NCBI RefSeq assembly: GCF_963921235.1
Contig: NC_086101.1
Span: 172,732,001-172,796,000 of the forward strand
DNA: 64,000 nt
Direction: 5' to 3'
Source: Mobula hypostoma
Lineage: Eukaryota
Of this stretch, positions 48,700-61,220 are shown in pieces; positions within the stretch are counted from its first letter, which is position 1; every line of letters starts with the position of its first letter. The translations under genes were made by a program, and so were the position numbers. The notes below the pieces were generated by a model. It saw only the letters and a program-made list of their open reading frames with translations. It searched no databases and had not been told where the DNA came from.

Positions 48700-49390
48700 T
48701 TTACTGTATTTATTGAGATACTCAGTGTGGAATAGGCCCTTCTAGCCCTTAGAGCCCCGCCACCCATTAACGCCCGATTTGGACCATAAGACCGTAAGAC
48801 AAAGGAGCAGAAGTCAGCCATTCAGCCCGTCGAGTCTGCTCCACCATTTTATCATGAGCTGATCCATTCTCCCATTTAGTCCCACTCCCCCGCCTTCTCA
48901 CCATAACCTTTGATGCCCTGGCTACTCAGATACCTATCAATCTCTGCCTTAAATACACCCAATGACTTGGCCTCCACTGCTGCCCGTGGCAACAAATTCC
49001 ATAGATTCACCACCCTCTGACTAAAAAAATGTCTTCGCATTTCTGTTCTGAATGGGCGCCCTTCAATCCTTAAGTCATGCCCTCTCGTACTACTCCCCCA
49101 TCATGGGAAACAACTTTGCCACATCCACTCCTAGCCTAGCCTAATTTAACCCTAGCCTAATCACAGGATAATTTAGTAACAAATTAACCTACCAACCGGT
49201 ATATCTTTGGATAATTTAGTGACCAATTTAACTACCAACCAGCACTTCTTGGGAGGAAACAAGTGGCTGAAGGAAACTAACATGGTCATGGGAAGAAAGT
49301 ACGAACTACTTACTAACAGCAGCAGGAATTGAACCCAGGTCACTAGTACTATAAAGTGTTGTGCCAACCACCACACTACCTTACCACCAT
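48700..49390 (-). mobile_element. HE1-like V-SINE interrupted by a CR1 (48785..49130)
   Basis: SINE tail at 48700..48780 continues as atttaaccctagcctaatcacagga after the CR1; reverse B-box caggaattgaaccc near 49325. Confidence 0.7.
48785..49130 (-). mobile_element. CR1 3' fragment
   Basis: Near-identical reverse complement of 59508..59873. Confidence 0.9.
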
Positions 49391-49554
49391 AGGCTTGTGT
49401 TTGTCAAAGGATAGAATAGACCAGTTGGAAGTATGGGCATAGAGAGAACAGATGGAGCTTAATCCAGACAAGTGTAAGCTACTGTACTTTGGGAAGTTCA
49501 GTGTAAGAGGAAAGTACACAGTAAATGGTAGAAACCCTTATGATGTGCCATATG

Positions 49555-50078
49555 TTTCCTTTACCACTCCCAGTGGCCATCAGTTTTAATTTCATTTCCC
49601 ATTCGCATTCTGATACGTCTATCCATGGCCTCCTCCACTGTCGTGATGAAGCCACACTCAGGTTGGAGGAACAACACCTCTGGGTAGACTCCAACCTGAT
49701 GGCATGAACATCGATTTCTCAAACTTCCAGTAATGCCCCTCCACCTCCCAGTCACCATTCCCCAAACCCTTTTCCCTCTCTCCCCTAGCTGCTTGCCTGC
49801 CCATTGCCTCCTTCTAGTGCTCCTCCCCCCTTTTCTTTCTTCCATGGCCTTCTGTCTTCTCCAGCCCTGTTTCTTTCTCCAATCAACCTCCCAGTTCTTT
49901 ACTTCATCCCTCCCCTTCCCAGTTTCACCTATCACCTTGTGTTTCTCTCTTCCCTCCCCCCATCTTTTAAATCTCCTCCTCATCTTTTTTTCTCCAGTCT
50001 TGGCCCGAAAAATCGACTGTACTTTTTTCCACAGATGCCGCCTGGCATGATGAGTTTCTCCAGCATTTTGTGTCTGTT
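49555..50078 (+). mobile_element. Penelope 3' end (GIY-YIG tail plus terminal repeat)
   Basis: PVAISFN..HSHSDTSIHGLLHCRDEATLRLEEQHL followed by a pyrimidine-rich linker and the terminal motif. Confidence 0.8.
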
Positions 50079-51154
50079 GTCTAGAGGGAACATTGCAGGG
50101 TGCAAATGCCAAATACTAGCAGGCATGGGCTAAAGGTGAGAAGAGAAAAATTTAAAGATTTACTTGCCAAGTCTATTGTACAAAGAATTGTAGGTATTTG
50201 GAATGTGCTGCCAAGAGAATTAGCAGAAGCAGATACAATAAGAATATTTAAAAAGCATTTAGTTAGATATAAAAAGAGACAGGGAATTGGGGAATGTAAA
50301 CAAAGTGCATGCAAATATACAGTTTTAATTGGCATCATGTAACAAGTTTCACACTGGCAGAGCAATTTGTTTAATTTACTATCCTGAAACATTAACTTGT
50401 CTCTCTTTCCTCAGGTACTGCTTGACCAGCTGAGTATTTCTAACATTTGCTACTTTCCTATCTAGAGCCCTACCATCCATAGTATTTTACTTTCGAATTG
50501 CACAAAACTGCATTGGACAAAAACACAAATTGTCATCAAGTCCATTCCACTGCCATGGCATACCCCAGGTCAGCATGGATGATATCCAGCCCTTGATGTC
50601 ACTTCACTTGAAGGCCCCTTAGACTTGTTGGCCTCGTCCTTCACTGTGATGAAAACACATTGTCCGTAAATTCTCACTGTTTTATTTTTGACAGTATTGT
50701 TGTTTGAGTGTAGAAGGCAGCAAATCACTTAGGGAATTCAAACCTCTACAGTGCTGTTCAAAGTTGTGCCATGAAGGAAACTGTTCTGCTGCCCTTCAAA
50801 CACAGATCATTCAGGAAACGAGGAGAGCCCTCAATCTGAATGACTATGAAAATGAAGACTAATTCAACATCTGATTTCTGTCAGGCACTTTTTCCAGTCT
50901 CAGCACCTGCCTCTTTCATAAAACCACACTCTTGCTAAATGTCCCAACTTACATTAACAATTTCTACATCCTTTCCTTTCCTTTCTGCACCTCAATAATC
51001 TTTAGCAGTATCTTCGACATTTTGGAAGGAGTTCATCTAGCTGGGTGGACAGGGGCTGCCGATGGTTTGAAGTAGCTTGCACTGCTTCTTTTCCTCTCTC
51101 TAAATCCTCGTAAGAACACCACGTAGAGAAATTCTGAAATCAAGTGCTTTTAGA

Positions 51155-51500
51155 AGTCATCGCACAGAAGCTGGTCCTTCTAGTGTGTGCCAAAACCATT
51201 CATCTGCTTAGTCCCATTAACCTGCATGCAGACGCTAACCCTCCATACCCCTCTCATTCATGTACCTATCCTAATTTCTCTTAAATGTTGAAATTGAAAT
51301 TGCATCCACCACTTGTGCTGGTAGCTCGTTCCACACTTCCACCACTGTCTGAGTGAAGAAGTTCCCTCTCACGTTCCCCTTAAACATTTCACCTTTTGCA
51401 TTTAACCCATGACTTCCAGTTGCAGCCTCACCCAACCTCAGTGGAAAAAGCCTGCTTGCATATACTCTATCTATACCTCCTCATAATTTTGTATACCCCT
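51155..51500 (-). mobile_element. CR1 3' fragment
   Basis: Reverse CR1 3' end (gctcgttccacact...gagtgaagaagttccc). Confidence 0.7.
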
Positions 51501-52717
51501 TTGTGCTTGAGAGACAAAGCAAGCTTAAACCTTCAGCCATCCAAGGATTCAATCCCAACCTTCCATTCCTCACCTTTCCAAGGGTGCAATGAGCAACTTT
51601 GTTTAGTGAACCATGGACATTTTTTTCCTTATGTTACACTGGATTGAAACCATACGTGAAACAACCTTAACAGCAGAATTTCTGCTGACTGGTACATTAA
51701 CAAAAAGAGGGCAGCAGCAAAAGACACACTACCTTAAACAAAATCACCTTGTCTTTCATCTTCCATTAGAGAGCCCGGAATCATAGAAGCCCGTGCTTCT
51801 TGTTTACATTTTCCTGATAGCACCATGTGAGTTCCTGGAAAGCTTTCCAAGTCATACTGGCTGCATTATTGATTTTCCCAGTAAATTGAGGAACATTGGG
51901 TAAAATGTGACTAATTGAATAATAATCGATTTGGTCTCACAACCAATCAATCAATGAGATAAATAACCTTCACACCCTTAATGGATTATACTGGGCTCTG
52001 AGGAACAAAGCAGCACATAATGCCGATGGTAAGCCTCTCGCTTTGGTTTCAGGTTTCATATAAGTGCCTCCTAATATGTTTTATCGGGAAAAATTATTCT
52101 CAAATGTTATTTTGGAAGATGTCATAGTCATGAGAGGAAATAAAAAGGCTCATCAAATTCATTTCTATTTCTCCGACCAATCGAGTGGATAAATAAATCA
52201 ACAGGTACAGACAATATAAAGGAAAGACGTGCTGCTACTTTATAGATTCTCAAAATACTTAAAGCTAATGCAGTCCATGTCCAAAGGTTGCTAATATGAC
52301 AGTCAAAAGCTGCAGCTGTTTCGAAAGCAGAGATATCCCACATTCGACAATGGAATGCGTGACTTAACTAGCACCATCGTGCACATGGAGGAGTGTTAAC
52401 AAAAGAGCTCCAAAAACAATCTGGTTTTCAAATAAGTGTACAAGAACATTGTAGTCATGTTTTTGAACTGGTAATCCAGAGGCACTGAACACTGAGAACA
52501 AGCCATGAGGGTGAATCCCACCACCGTTGCTAGGAACAGCAGCATAAAAATCCAAAGTCAATTAAGTAACTAAAATTGGGGAGAGGGGGAGATCATGAAT
52601 CTGAATTATAGGAAATCCCTATCTGATTTAGGAGAAATTCTATTGCCCTTATCCAGTCTGATTTCCCTATACCATCTGGTCCTAAATTGCTTTCTGACTG
52701 TCTTAGCCAACCATATT

Positions 52718-53290
52718 GAAGTTCAAGTTTAATTGTCATTCAGTCAGACACATGCATACAGCTAAATGAAACAACATTCCTTTTGGGGGGCAAGGTGCAA
52801 TGCACAGTACAACAGTCACACACGGCACAAGGTACATATTTCACATATAATTATGATAGCAGTAAAACATACAATCACAAAATAAAATGATAAGGCCTAA
52901 GTCCCTGAGAATCATGGCCTGCCGACTGATAATGTATGGGACAACTGTCCTGGAGCCACGTTTCTGCAAGAACAAGTATGCAACAGTTCCTCATCATGCC
53001 CTAGAGCAGCTGCAGCGGAACACCATCCTGCTTTTCTTTCACTGAGCAAATATGGAATGCAGTACCGACAGGTGGGGCTAACCTACAACCCAGTCCGGAC
53101 ACCTGCTGTGCTTCACCACCTCTGGTAACTCCTTTCCCAGGTAGCTGCACCAGTTGACCACCTGGCATGCAGGCCTGGTCTGTGCAAAAACTGAATCCAT
53201 GTAGCTCCCCTGCGGTCAGTCTCACCAATGAACTGGAGAACCGGGCTTGAAAATAACCAAAATCTCTCTGTGAGACAAGCACAGTTGGTT
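52718..53290 (-). mobile_element. LINE-tailed non-autonomous retroposon
   Basis: Reverse tail aattaaacttgaacttc with a non-coding body. Confidence 0.45.
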
Positions 53291-53527
53291 TAAAAAAGCT
53301 CTGTCAGACACCAAGGGAATATCCTAATCTTGCAATTGGTTAAATTATTAGGGAAATGATGCTAAATTGCTTTTCTTTAGTTGGAGCAGATTTATTCATT
53401 TTTTGACAGAAAGAGTAAATTTGCTGCAGTCACGAGGAAATCTGGAGATGCTGGAAATTCAAGCAACACACATCAAAGTTGCTGGTGAACGCAGCAGGCC
53501 AGGCAGCATCATCTTTCTAAAATTAAG

Positions 53528-54435
53528 TGTAACGCGCTGTAAGGTTTCACTGCTAATGTAATGGTTTTTTTTGGTAATGTTCACTGCTGAAGTAATGGTT
53601 TCTCTGTAGCAGCAGTGTTTGGGTTATGGCTGGAGATAACAGGACTATGGATGCATGTTAGCTAATCAGGATTTTGTTACCCTGTCTTGTGATTCTGGAA
53701 TCAGTTGATTTCGTGGGCTTTTGCCAGAGGGAGAGAGAGATGAAGAGAGAAGACGCAAATGGAGAGATTTGGTAAACACAAAATAATCTGCAGATGCTGG
53801 GGTCAAAGCAACACTCACAACATGCCAGAGGAATTCAGCAGGTCGGGCAGCATCCGTGGAAAAGACCGGTCGATGTTTCAGGCCGGAACCCTTTGTCAGG
53901 ACTGTAGAGGGAAGGGGCAGAGGCCCTATAAAGAAGGTGGGGGGAGGGTGGGAAGGAGAAGGCTGGTAGGTTCCAGGTGAAAAACCAGTAAGGGGAAAGA
54001 TAAAGGGGTGGGGGAGGGGAAGCAGGGAGGTGATAGGCAGGAAAGGTGAAGAACCAGTAAGGGGAGAGATTTGGTAGACCACCAGACGGGGTGGACTCGG
54101 AGAGAGGGTCCAAAGAAAAGTGACAATCGGAGGAGGTCAATGGGGACCTTTCGGCCTATGAGTAAGCTCCAACTACTTTGTGCACAGACTGTTTAATAAG
54201 ATTTGGGCCCTTTTATTTCTTTTATATTTTGTTTCTCTACTAACCATATAGTCAAAGCAGGAGTTATAAAGCTTAATTGTTTAATCGCATATTGTGTACT
54301 GTTTGTTATTTCGGGGTACTGATTTGTAAAAGTGGACACATCATGCAGCATCCACCCAAACGAGAATTCTTAAGTTTGTCTGGGCAGGGGGTTATCACAC
54401 CCTATATTAAGCCGCTAGATGAAGCGAGTGTTACA
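53528..54435. mobile_element. Solo LTR (about 600 bp after removing the insert) containing a Penelope terminal-repeat insertion
   Basis: TGTAACGCGCT...AGCGAGTGTTACA inverted termini; 4-bp flanks taag/taaa. Confidence 0.75.
53775..54062 (-). mobile_element. Penelope terminal repeat inserted in the LTR with a 14-bp TSD
   Basis: ggagagatttggta at 53761..53774 and 54063..54076. Confidence 0.85.
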
Positions 54436-54749
54436 TAAATAATGATTTGCCATTTATCCTAGGCATGCTTCACAGAGATGCCTCCGTGCTTATTAAACAC
54501 GTAACTCTCTAGTAAAACTTCAAATCACAGAATGGGAATTGCACCATTCATTGGAGGATTTAGAGGTGGTCAAAGGGATGTGGTAACACATTCCAGAAAA
54601 TCAAAGTTTTTCAATTCTTTTCTTTTGATGTAGTGAATGTGAATAACTGTTTCATTGTCTTTTGCACCAAGAATACACACATGGATAAATATCAGAGTCA
54701 GGGCATGAAACTGGCCAATCAGTCCAATGAGTGTGTCTTCTCATCATAT

Positions 54750-54980
54750 ACACCACTGCACTCATCCTATCATATCCCTGTCAAATCCCCCCTACACTCA
54801 TCCTACCATATTCCTTGCTCATGGACACATTGGGGGCAGTTTCAATTTGGCAATTAGCTGCATCGCTGGGAAGTGACAAGACATTGAGCCCCTGGGAAAC
54901 CCATGCATCTGCAAGGAGAACACGGTAAACTCCACACGACAGCAGAAGGTCATTACAATCGGGAGGAGCAACACTACTGC
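54750..54980 (-). mobile_element. V-SINE, decayed
   Basis: ggaaacccatgca...ggagaacacggtaaactccacac, reverse V-domain. Confidence 0.55.
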
Positions 54981-55949
54981 GTGTGTGTTTTTGCATGTCT
55001 CTTTCGATAAGCATACGGTGTGACAGTGAATGGACTGAATATTCCAACAGATATACAGAAGCCACACATACCACTCTCCACTGTTTTTTAACATGTAGAA
55101 AATATTTTAAATACCTTTAAAAAAAGAGAATGTACTTGATTGCAAGGAACAATAGGATTTGTTTTGTGAAAGGCAAAATCTGTACATATTTTACCACATC
55201 ACCATTTGGTGCAGAAATCACATTTTGTATCTCTCAGCAACAATTGAAAATAAACACAATGTAAGCAGCAGACCTGAGTCAAAACAGAATTTTAAAAGAG
55301 AGCTCTGGAAGCAAGATATAAAGCCACCCGTAAATTTGTTGTACCTTCTAATGTCTGAAACATTGGAATCTAGGTACCAATGGAAAGCTGCAAGAATGGG
55401 CTCTCATTAGGGGATAGTGCTGTGAATACATCTTTTTAGACAGAAATGAGATGAATACAAGGTTTGGAGAACAAAGGACTGGACCTTTGCTTCACAGAGA
55501 ACCATTTTCTGGAATTTAGAAGGTTTAGGGTAGCTTTGATCAAAATTTCACAACTATAAGGAAATTTGATGAGAGCCTACTATCAATTGCCATCATCTAA
55601 AAAAGTCAACCATTTCATGGGTGAGGTTAGGAAACACTGCTGCTAGAGAGTTGTGATCAAACTGTCTTCCAGGGACAATAAATGATCAGAAAGCACACCC
55701 ACTTTATTTGCCTTTTCTTCTCTCGCTGAGTAATGTCAAAAACTGAGAAGGGCTTTTGTTAACCGAAGCTATCATGTGATATGGAAGAAAGGCAGGTATA
55801 CAGAGTAAATCTTATATCAGTCATAATTGGTGTGGTCTTTCATTGATTCTTTTACGGTTTTTATTCTGTATGGATTTATTGAGTATGCCCACAAGAAAAT
55901 GAATCTCAGGTGACATATATATATTTTGATAATAAATTTACTTTGAACC

Positions 55950-56830
55950 TCTCACTCAATGGCAGCAAGACCGAGGTGCTGACTATTGACTTCAGGAGGA
56001 GGAAACCAAAGGTGCATGAGCCAGTCATCATTGGATGAACAAAGATGGAAAGGGTCAATAACTTTCAATTCCTCTGTGTTACCATTTCAGAGGATTTGTC
56101 CTGGACCCAGCATGTAAGTGGCATTATGAGGAAAGAACGACAGAGCCTCTACTTTCTTAGAAGTTTGCGAAGATTCGGCATGTCATCCAAAGCTTTGACA
56201 TGTGTGCAATAGAGAGTAAATTGACTGGATTCATCACAGCCTGGTATGGAAATACCATTGTCCTGGAATGGAAAAGTCTACAAAAAGTAGTGGATCATCC
56301 CAGTCCATCACAGGTAAAGCCAACCCACCACTGGGCACATCCATATGGAGAACTATCGCAGGAAAGCAGTATCCATCATCGAGGGCCTCCATCATCCTGA
56401 CCATGCTCTCTTCTCATTGCTTCCATCTGGAATTAGGTACAGGAGCCTCAGGCCCCACACTACCAGGTTGAGGAACAGTTTTTACCCCTCAACCATCAGA
56501 GGAGTAACCACTCAGTTTCATTTACCCCATCACTGAACTGTTCCCACAATCTATGGACTCCTTTCAAGGACTCTTCTTCTCATGTTCTTGATATTTATTG
56601 CTTATTTATTATTATTATTACCATTCATTCCTTCTTTCTTTTTGTATTTGCACAGTTTTATTGCCCATCAGAGATCTCCATTACCCATCCTGCTTGGTGT
56701 GGTCCTTCAGTGATTCTATTGTGTTTCTTGTATTTACTGTATTTGGCTGCAAGAAAATGAATCTCAGGGTTGTATATGGTGATATATGCCATATGTACTT
56801 TGATAATAAATATAGTTTGAACTTTGAACT
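55950..56830 (+). mobile_element. Rex1/Babar-like LINE 3' portion with (TTTGAAC)n tail
   Basis: KTEVLTIDFRR and IESKLTGFITAWYGN motifs; tail aataaatatagtttgaactttgaact. Confidence 0.8.
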
Positions 56831-57317
56831 TTCAGATGCTAAACCAAGATCCCTGTCTGCCTCTCAGGTAGAAATAAAATATCCTACTACATTCAAAAGC
56901 ATCAACATCAAGCATCAAGTAAAAGCATCCCAATCAAAATTTTTCATTCAGTCAATCTTACTGAAACAGATTGTTTGGTCCCAATTGCAGAGTTAATTAT
57001 GGGACCTTGCTATGTAAACACTGACTGCCAGATATCCTATGTAATAATAATGACTATGCTTCATAAGTACTTTATTGACTGTAAAGAGCTTTCAACTGAC
57101 CAGAGCCTGAAAAAAACATAACTTAAGTAAATGCAAGTCTTTGTTTTATTATCTTGCAATTGATTACTGGTGTCCCATTTACATTATAGCAGTGACTCTG
57201 ATGGCAGCTTGAGTGCTTCTGGAGACACAAGATTCATTTAGACTGGTGGCTGTTTATGTTGGTATTTTGCAAAGTTCAAAGTTCAAAATAAATTCATTAT
57301 CAAAGCACATATGTATA

Positions 57318-57860
57318 CACTCAGTGGCCACTTTATTAGGTACACCAGCTTGTTAATGCAAATATCTAATCAGCTAATCATGTGGCAGCAACTCAATGCA
57401 TAAAAGCATGCAGACATGGTCAAGAGGTTCAGTTGTTCAGACCAAATGTTAGAATAGGGGGAAAAATGTGAAATTTGACCGTAGGATAATTGTTGGTGCC
57501 AGATGGGGAGGCTTGAGTATCTTAGAAACTGCTGATCTCCTGACACAACAGTCTCTAGAGCTGACAGAGAATGGTGAAAGAATTTTCTTTTAAAAATTCG
57601 GAGAGTGGCATTTCCTTGAGCAAAAAAAGTCTTGTTAATGAGAGGGGTCGGAGGAGAATGGCCAGACTGGTCCTAGCTGACAGGAAAGCCACAGTAACTC
57701 AAATGACCACGCGGTACAACAGTGGTGTACAGAAGAGCATCTTTGAATGCAAAACACGTTGAACATTGAAATGGATGGGCTACAGCAAAAGATCACTAAC
57801 ATACACTCATTGACCACTTTATTAGGTAAAGGAGGTACCTAATAAAGAGACCATAAAGTG
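57318..57860 (+). mobile_element. Non-autonomous Tc1 element inserted at a TA in a reverse LINE tail
   Basis: TA-CACTCAGTGGCCACTTTATTAGGTACACC...GGTACCTAATAAAGAGACCATAAAGTG-TA; transposase remnant LVNERGRRRMARLV.ADRKATVTQ.TTRYN. Confidence 0.9.
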
Positions 57861-59507
57861 TATGCCATCATATATTCCACTCAGATTCTTTTTCTTGTGG
57901 GCATTCACAGTAGATACAAAAAAACACAATCGATAATCTGTTAGAAAAAAATTCTCTTTAATATTTGAAGCTGAAGCTACTGCTTCCAAAAATTATCCAG
58001 TGGTAGCATTTCTATTAATTGCATCCTGAATCCTACATTTTTATTAAACAGGTTGTAGATGTATTTGTCACTTTACTGAAACCAATCATGAAACTGGTAA
58101 ACAGAACTACTCAATAGAAAAAATGGATCTGATCCCATGTAAATGAAAATTTAGAGAAATATCTACCGAGAATGTGATGTGCTCCCTACACAGAGTGAGA
58201 TCACAGTGTTCTGTGCACTGGTATTTGCAACCGGTTCCAAGCTTCCTGTAACAGCTTGATGCTGGAAAATATTCAGAGAAAACAAGCTTAGTTAGCATCT
58301 TAGACTGCAGCTCTCACTGATCAATTGGTTGATCAATGAAAATAAACTTTAATCTGAGAGATTCAAGCTGACGGAAGCCTGTATACGTGAAGTGTCCACA
58401 TATGATTAGCGATTGGTTGTACATCGTATCCGACGATAACAATTAGATTTGTGTAGTTCTTCTTTTAGATTATATGAGCAGCACAAAGAAACCAGTGTGG
58501 GAACATTATTAAAGTGAAAAAGCTTGAGTGGGCACTTCCACTCTCTCAAACTCAGGTGTCTGGTCCAGTGGTGTGCGTAGTCATGACAACTGAGGTTTTC
58601 CTTGGTTGCAGTGGACTACCAAGACTTCTTCTGTAACTTGTCATGCCCTTCACTCTCCACAAAGTGTTGCAGTACTGGCTTCCTGGTCACTGGATCTTAC
58701 TGGTGATCTCATCTGCCCAATCCATCAGAAATGATTTCACATGTCCCCAACTCACTGGGGTCTGAGGCCCTGCCATCTACCCTCACCTGCTTTCGCCCGC
58801 CAGTCAAAGCCGTGTACCAAGGTGTGGCTGATGTTGCATGCAGACAGCTACTTGCAGCCACAGGTGAGTGACCAGTCAGGACCAAAGGTGAGTGAGCTGC
58901 CCCAGAATGGACATGACAGCGACATCCAATCTCACACCATAACGTATCTACTGTCTCTATATTTGTTTTCATCAATCTGCTGAGGACAGACGAAGGCAAT
59001 TAGGAGAATTCATGCCTGATTTATATCCCATTGCCGCTGTGGTAATGTTAAAAATAAACAGTTTTGTACCAGAGATTGTCCAGTGCTCTCACCGTACGAT
59101 GAGTGTAAACCATAGTATTAAATCACCATCAGCAGATCACCATCACTTCACACCTTAGGATGGGCCACCTCAGACAGCTAACTACACCATATGCTACCGA
59201 GGACACATTAAAACAACTTTCCAGCTCAGTACAGCAAGTGCATGTCTTGTAAATGAGCACATTGAACTGAGGACATTTTAATAGAAATTTGGTGACTCAA
59301 GGAAAAAAGTACAGGCTCTGCAAAGTCTCAGGGTAATCCTGAATGGAGTGGTAGAGAGCCATAACCTCTTGACACTTGATTTACCCATGATTTTTTCCTG
59401 TGCTTTCATACATAAATCAGAATCAGCACACAACAGATGATCAGGACATACATATGCAGCACCTTTGGAAAACACTGAAAGAAACTACTCCAGGCAAATG
59501 ACCATAA

Positions 59508-59873
59508 ATGTTGAAGGGCATGGACAGAGTGGATGTAGCAAAGTTGTTTCCCATGATGGGGGAGTCTAGTACGAGAGGGCATGACTTAAGGATTGAAGGG
59601 CGCCCATTCAGAACAGAAATGCGAAGAAATTTTTTTAGCCAGAGGATGGTGAATCTATGGAATTCGTTGCCACAGGCAGCAGTGGAGGCCAAGTCATTGG
59701 GTGTATTTAAGGCAGAGATTGATAGGTATCTGAGTAGCCAGGGCATCAAAGGTTATGGTGAGAAGGCTGGGGAGTGGGACTAAATGGGAGAATGGATCAG
59801 CGCATGATAAAATGGCGGAGCAGACTCGATGGGCTGAATGGCCGACTTCTACTCCGTTGTCTTATGGTCTTAT
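59508..59873 (+). mobile_element. CR1 3' fragment
   Basis: LKGMDRVDVAKLFP..ESSTRGH...NFFSQRMVNLWNSLPQ; tail cttatggtcttat. Confidence 0.9.
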
Positions 59874-59904
59874 AAATAAGTTTTATTTCAAGATCTATTA
59901 TTCT

Positions 59905-60185
59905 CCTGTGGTCCACTCTCCTCTGCTATCAGATTCCTTCTTCTCCAGCACTTTATCTTTCCCACCTTCTTGAACTTACCTATCACCTTCCAGCTATCCT
60001 CCTTCCCCTCCCCCACCTTTTCATTCTGGCATCCTCCCTCTTCCATTTCCAGGAGAAGGGTCTCGGCCTGAAATATTGACTGTTTATTTATTTCCTTAGA
60101 TGCTGCCTGACCTGCTGAGTTCCTCCAGCATTTTATGCGTGTCTGGTGCTTAGGATTTCTAGCATCTGCAGACTTACTTGTGTTT
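59905..60185 (+). mobile_element. Penelope terminal repeat
   Basis: ccactctcctctgctatcagattcc...gaagggtctcggcctgaaatattgactg...gatgctgcctgacctgctgagttcctccagc. Confidence 0.8.
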
Positions 60186-61079
60186 ATTAATTTTTATTTC
60201 AGGAATTCAAATCTCCTGTGTTTTTTAAAGAACCCACATTTTTGAAAAACCCAACAGTAATCTGCTAACCTCCCTACAATATTTCAAATGGCCTCCATTT
60301 ATCAGATCCTTTTTGCAAGATGGTTGATGCCGAAATGACAGTGGCATTTAAGAGATATTTGGACAGGCACGTGGACATGCAGGGGATGGAGGAACATGGA
60401 TCATGTAGAAGGTAGGTTTAGTTCAATTTGGCATCACGGTCAGCGCAGACATTACGGGCTGAGGGAATTGTTCCTGTGCTGGTATGTTTTGTGTTCTACG
60501 GGGCCTGACTGAATGCTCTCTATCTCAGTGTTCAAGGATAAAATTCTCTATTTTTTCTGCCACCCCCGAGCAATTGAAGCTGGCGGCCTGAGCTCAGATC
60601 CAATTCCAGAAGATTGCAGTGCTTCCACCATGCTCAAATGAAGTCAGTGAATGGCAGAGAGCACAAGTTTAAGTTCAATTAAAAGAGTGACGAGGGAAAG
60701 TCTGTGGAGGAAGAAAGGATGCTCTGGGACTGGGTAAGATTATTTAGGTCTAGCTGATCAGACCAGAGATCAAAAACAGATTGCACAACCAACTAACCTT
60801 ATTACCAGATGTTGTAAAATTACAGAGTTCATGCATCTCAACAATATCCTGAACATTCCACTGTAACATTGTTGCATCTGCTCTGTCAATCCACCAAGGC
60901 CTCTATTCACCTTGGAGATGACAAAATGTTTCCCTGCCAGCAAGAATATGACCCCCATCCTTTGCTCTATTTTTGTATGCTGATTGCTTTATGTTGTACT
61001 TTTAAACACCACCTAAGGGCCACATTTGAATATTATCAGCACTTCTGCAGGCAGAGCTCCAGCTGAAAACACACCAGAG

Positions 61080-61220
61080 TTTGTCCTGGTGAAAGGGCTC
61101 GGCCCAAGATGTCAACCATTTGTTAATCTCCATGGATGAAGCATGAACTGTCGAGTTCCTCCAGCATTTTGTGTGTTTTGCTTTGGATTTCCAGCATCTA
61201 CTGAATTTCTTGTGTTTAGC
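61080..61220 (+). mobile_element. Penelope terminal repeat, decayed
   Basis: gtcctggtgaaagggctcggccc...gagttcctccagcattttgtgtg. Confidence 0.65.

Noticed and set aside
49561-50133. Overlapping 105-183 aa ORFs
   Set aside because: Arise from the low-complexity purine/pyrimidine linker of a Penelope 3' end.
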